This document shows positions 1 through 9,709 of a stretch of DNA of 64,000 nucleotides, piece after piece (positions within the stretch are counted from its first letter, which is position 1; each line of letters opens with the position of its first letter). A model generated the notes under the pieces. The model saw only the letters and a program-made list of their open reading frames with translations. It ran no database searches and had not been told where the DNA came from. Made by a program: the position numbers and the translations under genes. The DNA lies in contig CALVOP010000003.1 of NCBI GenBank assembly GCA_944350345.1, forward strand, positions 22,483 to 86,482. The letters run 5' to 3'. This stretch comes from an uncultured Bacilli bacterium. GTDB taxonomy: Bacteria > Bacillota_I > Bacilli_A > RF39 > UBA660.

Positions 1-1
1 A

Positions 2-154
2 AAAATGACTTTTCCTATTGAAGCACCAATCAATGAATTTAAAGCGATTGATTATGCTCATTTTTATAATACAGTCCCTGACATTATATGCGATCCTAAT
101 TTGTCAATGGACGTGGCATTAGGTCTAATAAAGGAAAATAAAATGAGTATATAA
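2..154 (+). CDS. 3' end of a hypothetical protein (partial, window edge)
   Basis: Open frame ...KMTFPIEAPINEFKAIDYAHFYNTVPDIICDPNLSMDVALGLIKENKMSI* ending in TAA at 154. Confidence 0.5.
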   Translation, partial: KMTFPIEAPINEFKAIDYAHFYNTVPDIICDPNLSMDVALGLIKENKMSI

Positions 155-163
155 AATAATTTG

Positions 164-196
164 TTCATAAAATCCTCTTAATAAAATATATATTAT
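164..196 (+). promoter_or_regulatory. Putative sigma-E-type promoter of spoIIIAH
   Basis: TCATAAAA...AATATATT resembles the sigma-E consensus; a similar motif lies upstream of ydcC (~17484-17515). Confidence 0.4.
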
Positions 197-215
197 TGAA
201 ACGGAGGATTTTATT

Positions 216-710
216 ATGATAAACAAGCAAAGCTTATGGTTTGTAACCTTACTAAGTCTAGTTCTAGTATTAGGAGTATATTATGTAACAATGCCTAACG
301 ACTTACTAAAAACCGAAGAAACTAAAAACGTAAATAGTGAAGTAACAGTTGACGTAGAAGAAAGCGACATGTTAGTAGCACTAAGAGTAGAGAGAGACGA
401 AGAAGTAGCGACAAAAATGGATGAACTAGAATCAGTACTTACAAACGAAACATCAACTACAGATGAAAAAAACAACGCATTTGAAGAATTAAAATTACTA
501 AATTTAAACATAGGAAAAGAAGAAGAACTTGAAACATTAATTTTAGACACATACAAAATTAAAAGTTACGTAGAAATAAATAACGATCAAATAAAAGTAG
601 TGGTCAACTCAAGCGAACATGACTCAAAACTAGCAAATGACATAATGAGAACCATCCAAGGCGAATTTGATGAAAAAATGTATATAACAATCAAATTTGA
701 GACCAATTAG
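216..710 (+). CDS. spoIIIAH: Stage III sporulation protein AH
   Basis: N-terminus KQSLWFVTLLSLVLVLGVYYV, LRxER motif, SpoIIIAH-like C-terminal domain; GGAGG RBS. Confidence 0.85.
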   Translation: MINKQSLWFVTLLSLVLVLGVYYVTMPNDLLKTEETKNVNSEVTVDVEESDMLVALRVERDEEVATKMDELESVLTNETSTTDEKNNAFEELKLLNLNIGKEEELETLILDTYKIKSYVEINNDQIKVVVNSSEHDSKLANDIMRTIQGEFDEKMYITIKFETN

Positions 711-794
711 GCATAAACTCTCACTCAAAACTCACTTTCACATAAAATATTTTAGGAATAAGTATACACCCATACTTAGAAAGTGAGGGAAAGA

Positions 795-998
795 ATGAAT
801 AATATATTAACAAAACGAGAAAAAGAAGTATTTGAATTGTTAATCAAAAACAAATCTACAAAAGAAATAGCAGAAGAATTATTTATTAGCGAAAAAACAG
901 TTAGAAATCACATATCAAATTCAATGCAAAAACTAGGGGTAAAAGGTCGAGCAAGTGCTGTTATTGAACTATTAAAACTGGGTGAAATAAAATTATAA
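795..998 (+). CDS. gerE: LuxR-family spore regulator GerE
   Basis: LTKREKEVFELL...KSTKEIAEELFISEKTVRNHISNSMQKLGVKGR; sigma-K-like CATAAAATA upstream; adjacent to gerM. Confidence 0.9.
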   Translation: MNNILTKREKEVFELLIKNKSTKEIAEELFISEKTVRNHISNSMQKLGVKGRASAVIELLKLGEIKL

Positions 999-1056
999 AA
1001 TGGCTTTTATAGTCATTTTTTTAAATATTCAATAATAATATTAACTGGAGGCGTAT

Positions 1057-1989
1057 ATGTTAAAAAAACTTGGACTAAGAAAACTTGCTGTTACCACTTC
1101 AGCTTTATTTATCATAGGGCTTATTTATCTATTTCCATCAAATAATGAAGAACTAAAAATAGAAAAAAATATAACCTATATAGAGCCAGATGAAATATAT
1201 GAAGTATATCTAGTTGATCAAAACGATTATGTAAGTATGGTAACATTACCTTTAGACTCAACAGAATTAATAGACATTTTAAAAGAAAAAATAGAATATT
1301 TAATAGTAGATGGCCAAAAACAAGAAGAAGTTCCTAATGGATTTAAACCAATTATTCCAGAAGGAACAGAAATATTAGATTTAAAAGTAGAAGAAAATAC
1401 TGTAACAATCAATTTTAATGAAAACATAAAAAACATAAGACAAGAAGACGAAGAAAAAATGATAGAAGCAATAGTATACACATTAACCAACGAAAGCAAC
1501 ATCAATAAAGTATACATCAAAATAAATGGAGAAACATTAGAAAGACTTCCTAACTCAAATAAACTATTACCAATACCACTAGACAGAAGTTATGGCATAA
1601 ATAAATTTTATGACTTTAATAGCTTATATGGTTTAACAAAAACTACAATTTATTACGTATCAAATAATGGCGATTTAACATATTATATACCTGTAACTAA
1701 AGTAACTAATGATGACAGAGAAAAAATAACTGTAATAATTGATGAGTTAAAAAGCAATGTAATATATCAAAGTAACTTAAGCAGTTATCTAAATGCTAAT
1801 GCAGAACTAGAAGAATATGAAATAATAGAAGATGCGATGCATTTAAGTTTTAATGATAAAATATTTGATTCACTAATAAACCAAAACATATTAGAAGAAG
1901 TAGAATATTCAATCAGCCTATCAGTAAAAGATAACTATGACGTTAACGAAGTAATATTTTATGTAAACGATAATTTAATAATGAATTAA
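1057..1989 (+). CDS. gerM: Spore germination protein GerM (two GerMN domains)
   Basis: VPNGFKPIIPEGT, EAIVYTLT, YYIPVT motifs. Confidence 0.8.
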   Translation: MLKKLGLRKLAVTTSALFIIGLIYLFPSNNEELKIEKNITYIEPDEIYEVYLVDQNDYVSMVTLPLDSTELIDILKEKIEYLIVDGQKQEEVPNGFKPIIPEGTEILDLKVEENTVTINFNENIKNIRQEDEEKMIEAIVYTLTNESNINKVYIKINGETLERLPNSNKLLPIPLDRSYGINKFYDFNSLYGLTKTTIYYVSNNGDLTYYIPVTKVTNDDREKITVIIDELKSNVIYQSNLSSYLNANAELEEYEIIEDAMHLSFNDKIFDSLINQNILEEVEYSISLSVKDNYDVNEVIFYVNDNLIMN

Positions 1990-2027
1990 GCAAAAAAATA
2001 AAGCGTATAAAACGCTTTTTTTCTATA

Positions 2028-2104
<77 letters not shown>

Positions 2105-2160
2105 AGCTCATAACGCTATTGATTATACAATAATTTTTTAAATAATTCAAGAAAATTTAA

Positions 2161-2206
2161 AAAAAACGATATCATATTGAGTGTTTAAAAAACGATATCA
2201 TATTGA
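2161..2206. repeat. 20-bp direct repeat AAAAAACGATATCATATTGA (2161-2180, 2187-2206)
   Basis: Two exact copies separated by 6 bp. Confidence 0.85.
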
Positions 2207-2255
2207 AAATATTTAAAATATTATAACAAAAACTGATGGACAAAATGTTATACCA

Positions 2256-2570
2256 ATGGAAAACGGTAAATTTACTATATCAGTTAAAGTAGATGAAGAT
2301 ATGGCTAACAAATATAATGCATATAAAGCCGCATACATCAATGATGAAGGCAAAGTAGAAGAAGTAATAGATGCTAATGAAAAAGACGGATATATTACAT
2401 TTGAAACATCACACTTAAGTACTTATTCAGTTTTAGGTTACAATGCAACAACAACCGAAGTACAAAATCCTCAAACCTATAATGGAATTATGAATTATGC
2501 ATTTATTGGACTTCTATCTATTGTATGTTTAGCTGGAACTGCATTATACTTAAAAAGAAAATTTAACTAA
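2256..2570 (+). pseudogene. Probable C-terminal remnant of a cell-surface protein with an NPQT sorting-like signal
   Basis: TFETSHLSTY motif, then NPQT, TM helix and basic tail; no signal peptide or clear RBS; frame continues a short way upstream. Confidence 0.6.
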
Positions 2571-2689
2571 TAGAAATATTTAACTAAAGTATAAAAGTAG
2601 ACACATGATGTGTTTACTTTTTTTGTTTTATAAGAAACAAATAATTCATATGGTCAATATACATGTTATAATAAATAAAAGGAGAAAAA

Positions 2690-3913
2690 ATGATATACAT
2701 AATAAAAGAAGAAAAAGAAATAAAAAAACATGATATAAAACAAATAATAGATTGCAATAACAAAAGTTTAGAAGAATTTTATAATGAGTTAAAAGAATTG
2801 AAATTAAACGATAAAGATAACATAGGTTTATTAAATGGAACAAAAGAACAAAAATCATTATTAGATTTTTATTTATACTATCAAAAGTCTAAAAAAAATA
2901 TAGATAAGGCAATAAAAGAATATAACAAAAACTCAAATGAAAAAGATAATTTTATAATAAAAAATGCCATAAAAAAATTAGCAATTGCAAACAAAGGTGG
3001 AAAAAATTTAAGGGGAATGCTAATAAACCTAGCCTATGACATAACAGGAGAAGAAGACACAAATCCAATGCCATTAATAATTGCATATGAACTATTTCAA
3101 ACATCAATTTTAATACACGATGACATAATAGATAAAGCAACACTTAGAAGAGGGGAAAAAACAATTCCAGAAAATTACATAGACGAATTCAAAAAAAATG
3201 ATGAAAAAAGTAAACACATTGCAAACTCTTTAGCATTATGTTTAGGAGACTATGGATTCTTTAAAACAAACGAAATATTATTAAAAAACTATGGTAAGAA
3301 CGAAAACTTTACAGAACTTTTTAGTTATTATAACAAAATAGTAATAAATACAATAAAAGGAGAGATATTAGACGTATATTTGCCATACAAAGAAGAATAC
3401 AAGCTAGGAAATTCAACAAAAGAAAAAGAAGTATTAGACATATACAAATTAAAAACAAGTTATTACACAATAATTGGTCCATTTACATTAGGATTAATTC
3501 TAGGAAACACAAAACAAAGTGTTTATGAAAAATATGAAGAATTTTTACTTAACATCGGCATATCTTTTCAAATAAAAGACGACATATTAGGTATATATAG
3601 TGAAGAAAGTGCACTCGGTAAATCAACAATATCTGACATCAAAGAATATAAACAAACCATATTATACACAACAGTTGAAGGCAAATATAAAAAAGAACTA
3701 CTAAAATATTATGGAAAAGAAAAATTAAATCAAAAAGAAATAGCAAAAGTAAAAGACATATTTACAAAAAGTGGAGCATTAAATTATGCTACCAATAAAA
3801 TGAACGAGTACTTTAATAAATCAAAAGAAATACTTAAAAACTTAAAAATCAAAAATGAATACAAAAGCATATTACTAGGATTAATTATATATTTACAATT
3901 AAGAAATAAGTAA
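2690..3913 (+). CDS. Polyprenyl diphosphate synthase family protein
   Basis: GGKNLRG, HDDIID...RRG, KT and QIKDDILG motifs. Confidence 0.9.
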   Translation: MIYIIKEEKEIKKHDIKQIIDCNNKSLEEFYNELKELKLNDKDNIGLLNGTKEQKSLLDFYLYYQKSKKNIDKAIKEYNKNSNEKDNFIIKNAIKKLAIANKGGKNLRGMLINLAYDITGEEDTNPMPLIIAYELFQTSILIHDDIIDKATLRRGEKTIPENYIDEFKKNDEKSKHIANSLALCLGDYGFFKTNEILLKNYGKNENFTELFSYYNKIVINTIKGEILDVYLPYKEEYKLGNSTKEKEVLDIYKLKTSYYTIIGPFTLGLILGNTKQSVYEKYEEFLLNIGISFQIKDDILGIYSEESALGKSTISDIKEYKQTILYTTVEGKYKKELLKYYGKEKLNQKEIAKVKDIFTKSGALNYATNKMNEYFNKSKEILKNLKIKNEYKSILLGLIIYLQLRNK

Positions 3914-3970
3914 ATAATTTCATTTGTATTTCAACTAGTATATGATATAATAAAAAGTAGGTGATTAAGA

Positions 3971-4546
3971 GTGGCAAACAAAAAAAATAACAAAACAAAA
4001 AAAACAAAGAATAACATAAAAGTTATAAAAAAACAAATAAAAAAAGAAACAAAAAAAATAGAAAATAATAAACTAGACGGAGAAATTTTAAGCTTTATAA
4101 AAATTGCCCTAGGTGTTGGAGTGGTAGTATTAATAGTATTTGGTGCAACAATATTAATGAATAAACTTGGAGTATTTGACGAAGGATACACTAAACCAGA
4201 AAAAGGTGAAATAATTATAAGTTATGAAGATGCAACTGTTGGAACAATATTTAATCGCCCTGATGCCGAATACTATGTAATATTTGATGACTTTACAGAA
4301 AATCCAAACCAATACTTGACAAGTATACTATTCAGATATAGTAACGAAGAAGAGACATTACCAATTTACAAAGTAGATATGTCAAATGGATTTAACACAA
4401 AATATGCTGGCGAACAAGGCAATCCAAGTGCGCAAAAAGTAGAAGATATAAAGATAAATGGCGTAACACTAATAAAAATAGTAAACGGAAAAAATGTTAA
4501 GTATATAGAAGGCACAACAAATATTGAAAACGAACTACTAAAATAA
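3971..4546 (+). CDS. Membrane-anchored hypothetical protein (possible degenerate thioredoxin-like fold)
   Basis: Basic N-terminus, single TM; EYYVIF...IYKVD...TLIKIVNGK pattern. Confidence 0.6.
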   Translation: MANKKNNKTKKTKNNIKVIKKQIKKETKKIENNKLDGEILSFIKIALGVGVVVLIVFGATILMNKLGVFDEGYTKPEKGEIIISYEDATVGTIFNRPDAEYYVIFDDFTENPNQYLTSILFRYSNEEETLPIYKVDMSNGFNTKYAGEQGNPSAQKVEDIKINGVTLIKIVNGKNVKYIEGTTNIENELLK

Positions 4547-4573
4547 AAAATCTGAAAATTTTCAGATTTTTTT

Positions 4574-4741
4574 TTATGCAGCTTTTTTAGCTGATTTAAT
4601 TTCTTTAGTAGATAATCTAACTTTTTTACCGTCAATTTTAACAGTTTGCAAATTAACTTTTTGAGTTTTTTTAGTAGCTTTCAAAGAAAAAGGTCTATTA
4701 TTTGCTACATTATTCTTTCTATTTGATATATTTTTTGCCAT
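4574..4741 (-). CDS. rpmB: 50S ribosomal protein L28 (short, Cys-free)
   Basis: NNRPFSLKATKKTQKVNLQ...KVRLSTKEIK; GGAGG RBS before ATG at 4741. Confidence 0.8.
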   Translation of the reverse strand: MAKNISNRKNNVANNRPFSLKATKKTQKVNLQTVKIDGKKVRLSTKEIKSAKKAA

Positions 4742-4827
4742 AAATGCCTCCTTAAATTCCTCTAATAATTTAGCATAAAACACTAGTTAAGTCAACCAAA
4801 AACGTGTATAATGTAATAGGTGGTAAT

Positions 4828-5688
4828 ATGTTATACATAGGTAGTCATGTAAGTTTTAATAAAGATACACAACTCATAGGAGTAGTACAAACAGCAATAG
4901 AAAATGATGCTAACGTTTTCATGTTTTACACAGGAAGTAATCAAAGCACATTAAGGTTCCCAATAGACAAAAGCCTTACAGACAAAGCACATCAAATAAT
5001 GCTAGAACACAACATAGATAGAGAAAAATGTATTATACATGCTCCATTTATAATTAACCTAGCCAACAACAGCGATGAAAGAAAATATCAGTTTTACATA
5101 GATTTTTTAAAACAAGAAATAGACAGATGCATAGCTTTAGGCATAAACAACTTAGTTTTACACCCAGGCAGTCATGTGAAAGTAGCAAAAGAAGAAGCTT
5201 TATTAAGCGTTTCCAATGGATTAAACGAAGCACTAAAAGAAAATCAAAACATAAAAATACTAATTGAATTTATGAGTGGGAAAGGTACAGAAGTAGGATC
5301 AACAATAGACGAACTTAAGACCATTTTAGAAAACGTTATATATAAAGACAAAGTATATATATGTTTAGACACATGCCACATAAACGATGCCGGATATGAC
5401 TTAAACAATTTTGACGAATTTTTAAACGAATTCGATCAAAAAATAGGAATAGATAAAATAAAATGCATTCACATAAATGACAGCAAAAATAATTTAGGCA
5501 CTCACAAAGATAGGCATGAAAACATAGGATACGGAACCATTGGATTTCAAACACTTATAAATATAATTTATAATAAAAGACTAGAAAGCGTACCTAAAAT
5601 ATTAGAAACACCTTTTATAAATGACCAAAGTCCGTACAAAACAGAAATAAAAATAATTAGAGAAAAAAAGTTCATAGAATTCAAATGA
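4828..5688 (+). CDS. nfo: Endonuclease IV
   Basis: IGSHVS, HAPFIINLAN, LHPGSH, CLDTCH, HINDSK, DRHENIG, ILETP. Confidence 0.95.
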   Translation: MLYIGSHVSFNKDTQLIGVVQTAIENDANVFMFYTGSNQSTLRFPIDKSLTDKAHQIMLEHNIDREKCIIHAPFIINLANNSDERKYQFYIDFLKQEIDRCIALGINNLVLHPGSHVKVAKEEALLSVSNGLNEALKENQNIKILIEFMSGKGTEVGSTIDELKTILENVIYKDKVYICLDTCHINDAGYDLNNFDEFLNEFDQKIGIDKIKCIHINDSKNNLGTHKDRHENIGYGTIGFQTLINIIYNKRLESVPKILETPFINDQSPYKTEIKIIREKKFIEFK

Positions 5689-5929
5689 ACTTTTTATATT
5701 TATTATAAAACTCTAACAACTTTAAATAAACCTCATCACTTAACTTATCCTTATAGTCTTCCAAATAAGCAATAGGATCCTCAAGCAAAACATCTATATC
5801 AAAATGAATTGCCTTAAAGATAATATCAACTTCTGCATCACTTACCATTACATTTTCCTTATATGCAAAACTAACAATATCATTTTTTGTAACATTAGCT
5901 GCATATCTTTTAATTACACTTTTATTCAT
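5681..5929 (-). CDS. Small YqfT/DUF2624-like protein
   Basis: GGAGG RBS; size and position next to nfo as in Bacillus. Confidence 0.55.
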   Translation of the reverse strand: MNKSVIKRYAANVTKNDIVSFAYKENVMVSDAEVDIIFKAIHFDIDVLLEDPIAYLEDYKDKLSDEVYLKLLEFYNKYKKFI

Positions 5930-5961
5930 TATACCTCCTATATAGTTTATGTTATTAAATT

Positions 5962-7965
5962 TTGGAAATACTAAATAATATGAAAAAATATTTATCAGAT
6001 AACAAATTAATAAAACTAAAAATAAATTTCATTTCCATTACAATGATAATTATTTTTGCGTTCATACTACTTTACACATTTAAAATAATGATAATAGATA
6101 AAGAAAAATACGAAGAACTTTTATACATAAAAACCAGCAAAATATACAAAGGAAGCGAAGCACCACGAGGAAACATATATGATAGAAATGGAATACTTTT
6201 AGTTGGAAACGAAAGCATTCCTATAATAAAATACACAAAAACAAATTTAACAAATGAAGAAGAAATAAAACTAGCAACCAGAATAGCTGAAAACATTAAA
6301 ATCGATTACACAAAAGTAAACGAAAACATGTTAAAAGAATATATTTATAATACTAATAAAGAAGAACTTTTAGGTAGAATAACAGAAAAAGTAAAAAAAC
6401 AATATGAAAACAGAAAAATTACAAACCAAGAATACAAAGAAATAATACTAGATAACATAACAGAAGAAGAAATAAATTCACTTAGTGAACAAGAAAAAAC
6501 GACTGCATACATATACTACATAATGAATTTAGGCTATAGATACGAAGACAAAATGATAAAAAACAAAGAAGTAACAGAAGAAGAAATGAAATACATAGAA
6601 AATGAACCAAACTTATATATAGACTACATTTACGAAAGAACATATCCGTACGGAGACACACTAAAAAACATATTAGGAAATGTAGGCAGCATTCAAGAAG
6701 AAGACTTAGAACAATATTTAGAACAAGGATACTTTAGAAATGATTTAGTAGGAACAAGTTACTTAGAAGAAGAGTACGAATCATATTTAAAAGGAACACC
6801 ATACACTTATAGAATAACAAGCGATGGAAAAAGAGAGACAGTAACAGAAATGGAAAAAGGAAACGATTTATATCTCACAATAGACATAAATTTACAAGTT
6901 GAAATAGAAAAAATAGTAGAAGAACAAATGATAAAAACAAAAGGTGAGCCAAACACGACATATTTTAATAAAAACTACATCATAATTGGAAACGCATACA
7001 ACGGAAGCATTTATGCATTTGTCGGTAAAATGATAACATACAACGGAAAATATAATTTCATTGATAACAGTTTAGGTTTAATTACCGATGCGATAACACC
7101 AGGTTCATCAATAAAAGGAGCAAGCCATTTAGTAGGTTATAGCACAGGTGCAATAACATATGGACAAAAAATAACAGATGGCTGCATTAAAATAAAAAAT
7201 ACTGACGAAAAATGTTCATGGAAAAATCTAGGAGTAATTGATGACCTAGAAGCACTAAAGTATTCATCAAACTACTATCAATTTGTAACAGCCATAAAAA
7301 TTGGCAAAGGAAATTACAGATATAACGCACCACTAATACTAGACAAAAACGGTTTTGAAACATACAGAAAAATTTTTAACGGATTAGGTTTAGGAATAAA
7401 AACAGGTATAGATTTACCTTATGAAAGCACCGGTTTTAAAGGAAACGATGAATACGTATTAAGCTTATTAGACTTTCCTATAGGACAGTACGATAACTAC
7501 ACACCAATTCAAATGTTTCAATACATCTCAACAATATATAATAACGGCACCAGAGTTGCACCACACTTAGCAAACTACATAAAAAATGACACAGAAACCA
7601 TATACGAATACAAAAGGAATGTAGTTGGCGGGGTAAACGTAAAAGAGCAAGACTTTTTAAGAGTAAAAGAAGGCTTAAAAATGGTAATGGAAAGTGGTGG
7701 AACAGGGTATGGATACATAAATTTAAAATACAATCCAATAGGAAAAACAGGAACAGCTCAAAGCTTTATTGACACAAATGGAGACGGGAAAATAGACACT
7801 GAAACAGTAAGCAAAGCATTTGTTGGAATAGCAGATGAAATAACTTTTGTAGTATTAAGCCCAAACATAAGCGATAGAAAAACATCATACACATCTAGTA
7901 GCAACAAAAAATTAAGCAAAACAATAAGCAACTTATATTTTGAAAAATACAAAAAAACCCAATAA
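5962..7965 (+). CDS. Class B penicillin-binding protein (PbpA-like)
   Basis: RGNIYDRNG, GSSIK (SxxK), SSN, KTGTAQ motifs. Confidence 0.9.
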   Translation: MEILNNMKKYLSDNKLIKLKINFISITMIIIFAFILLYTFKIMIIDKEKYEELLYIKTSKIYKGSEAPRGNIYDRNGILLVGNESIPIIKYTKTNLTNEEEIKLATRIAENIKIDYTKVNENMLKEYIYNTNKEELLGRITEKVKKQYENRKITNQEYKEIILDNITEEEINSLSEQEKTTAYIYYIMNLGYRYEDKMIKNKEVTEEEMKYIENEPNLYIDYIYERTYPYGDTLKNILGNVGSIQEEDLEQYLEQGYFRNDLVGTSYLEEEYESYLKGTPYTYRITSDGKRETVTEMEKGNDLYLTIDINLQVEIEKIVEEQMIKTKGEPNTTYFNKNYIIIGNAYNGSIYAFVGKMITYNGKYNFIDNSLGLITDAITPGSSIKGASHLVGYSTGAITYGQKITDGCIKIKNTDEKCSWKNLGVIDDLEALKYSSNYYQFVTAIKIGKGNYRYNAPLILDKNGFETYRKIFNGLGLGIKTGIDLPYESTGFKGNDEYVLSLLDFPIGQYDNYTPIQMFQYISTIYNNGTRVAPHLANYIKNDTETIYEYKRNVVGGVNVKEQDFLRVKEGLKMVMESGGTGYGYINLKYNPIGKTGTAQSFIDTNGDGKIDTETVSKAFVGIADEITFVVLSPNISDRKTSYTSSSNKKLSKTISNLYFEKYKKTQ

Positions 7966-7969
7966 GGGT

Positions 7970-8293
7970 TTAAATAATAGTATTATTATAAGTAATATCT
8001 TCTTCCTTAACTTGTTCTAACTTAGATATTCTCGTATCAAGATTTCTAACTTGTCTTTCAAGTTTAGTTAACCTATCATCAATATCATAATCATAAATTT
8101 GGTTAGCCATTTGAGGATACATCATATTTTGATTATACATTTGATTTGGTAAAGAACTGTTTTGCATCATTTGGTTTGGCATCATCATATTAGGCATCAT
8201 TTGATTAGGCATAAAGTTCTGATTAATTGGCATAGGTTGGTCTATAAATCCACCAGCATTATAATTAGAATAAAACATATCACGCTTGTTCAT
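7970..8293 (-). CDS. Small M/Q/P/N-rich protein, possible spore coat protein
   Basis: PNQMM-type repeats and C-terminal coiled coil RLTKLERQVRNLDTRISKLE; GGAGG RBS. Confidence 0.6.
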   Translation of the reverse strand: MNKRDMFYSNYNAGGFIDQPMPINQNFMPNQMMPNMMMPNQMMQNSSLPNQMYNQNMMYPQMANQIYDYDIDDRLTKLERQVRNLDTRISKLEQVKEEDITYNNTII

Positions 8294-8378
8294 AGTTTAC
8301 CTCCATTATTTCACTCATATTATATGATTATTGTTAAAAAATGTGAAAAATGCTAAAATATACATGAGGTCATATAAA

Positions 8379-8999
8379 ATGAGATTAAAAAACATAAAAG
8401 GCGCTAAAGAATTTGTGACAAAAAACGATTACATAATAAAAAATCCAACAAATTATAAAGGCAAATACAAAAGCATATTTAAAAATAAAAACAAAATTGA
8501 ATTAGAAATAGGTGTAGGCAAAGGAGACTTTATAATAGAAAAAGCCCTATCAAACCCAAATATAAATTATATTGGCGTAGAAAAATACGCCAGTGTTTTA
8601 ATATTTGCAATAAAAAAAGCAGAAAAAAACAAAATTACAAATATAAAATTCATTCTATCAGATGCAATACATATAGACGAAATATTTTATAAAGAAATAA
8701 GTAAATTATATCTTAACTTTAGTGATCCATGGCCAAAAAAGAGACACGAAAAAAGAAGATTAACAAGTGACGTGTTTTTAAATAAATACAAAAGCATATT
8801 TAAAAACATAAAAATAATCGAGCAAAAAACAGATAATGATAACCTATTTGAATACAGTATAAAAAGTTACAAAAGAAATGGATACATACCTATAAAGAAA
8901 TCAACAAACTACATAAGCAAATACAAAACAGAATACGAAAACAAATTTATAAAAAAAGGTAAAAATATAAATTACATAAAAGTAATAAAATTAGTTTAA
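8379..8999 (+). CDS. trmB: tRNA (guanine-N7)-methyltransferase
   Basis: LEIGVGKG, LNFSDPWPKKRHEKRRLT, KTD, TEYE. Confidence 0.95.
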   Translation: MRLKNIKGAKEFVTKNDYIIKNPTNYKGKYKSIFKNKNKIELEIGVGKGDFIIEKALSNPNINYIGVEKYASVLIFAIKKAEKNKITNIKFILSDAIHIDEIFYKEISKLYLNFSDPWPKKRHEKRRLTSDVFLNKYKSIFKNIKIIEQKTDNDNLFEYSIKSYKRNGYIPIKKSTNYISKYKTEYENKFIKKGKNINYIKVIKLV

Positions 9000-9046
9000 C
9001 TTTTACAAAATATTTGTTATAATTTTAAATGGAAGTGGGTGAAGTG

Positions 9047-9694
9047 ATGCTAAAAAAAATTATCTTGATAACCGGGCTATTTCTAATTACAGGATGTACA
9101 AGCGTGAGCATCAATACATTAAGTATTGAATCTGCAATTAATAACGTATTAAATCAAGATAACGAATTATATAACACCTATGAAGTTGGATATAGATTTT
9201 ATAAACCAAGAAACTTTAATTTATTAAAAAGTGATGGAAACAATTATGAATATATAAATAACGGAAAAAAATATTACTTATATGTAGACGTATTAGCCTA
9301 CTACAATAAAGTAAATAATCAATACAGCCTAAAGAAAGATGCATATTACATACAAGAGTTTAACTACAATGGAGAATATGGTTTTTTAAATATTATTCAA
9401 AAAGATGATTACTTTTATCTTAAAATAATGTATAATTATGCTATAATAGAAGTGAAAGTTAAAGAAGACGATATAATTGAATCAATAATATATTCTAGTA
9501 TTTTGCTTTCGTCTATAAATTACAATGATAATGTAATTGATCATTTAGTTCAAAACAATCTAATAGGAACTAACGAAAAAAAATTTGAGTTAGAAGGGCC
9601 TAAAGAGAAAGAAGAAACATATTTAGATTATTTAGAAGATTACGATGATTATGACAAAGAAAATGAAATACCTGACCCAGATGTTATTAATTAG
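9047..9694 (+). CDS. Putative lipoprotein
   Basis: Lipobox LITGC. Confidence 0.7.
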   Translation: MLKKIILITGLFLITGCTSVSINTLSIESAINNVLNQDNELYNTYEVGYRFYKPRNFNLLKSDGNNYEYINNGKKYYLYVDVLAYYNKVNNQYSLKKDAYYIQEFNYNGEYGFLNIIQKDDYFYLKIMYNYAIIEVKVKEDDIIESIIYSSILLSSINYNDNVIDHLVQNNLIGTNEKKFELEGPKEKEETYLDYLEDYDDYDKENEIPDPDVIN

Positions 9695-9709
9695 AAAGAG
9701 GTGTAAAAA

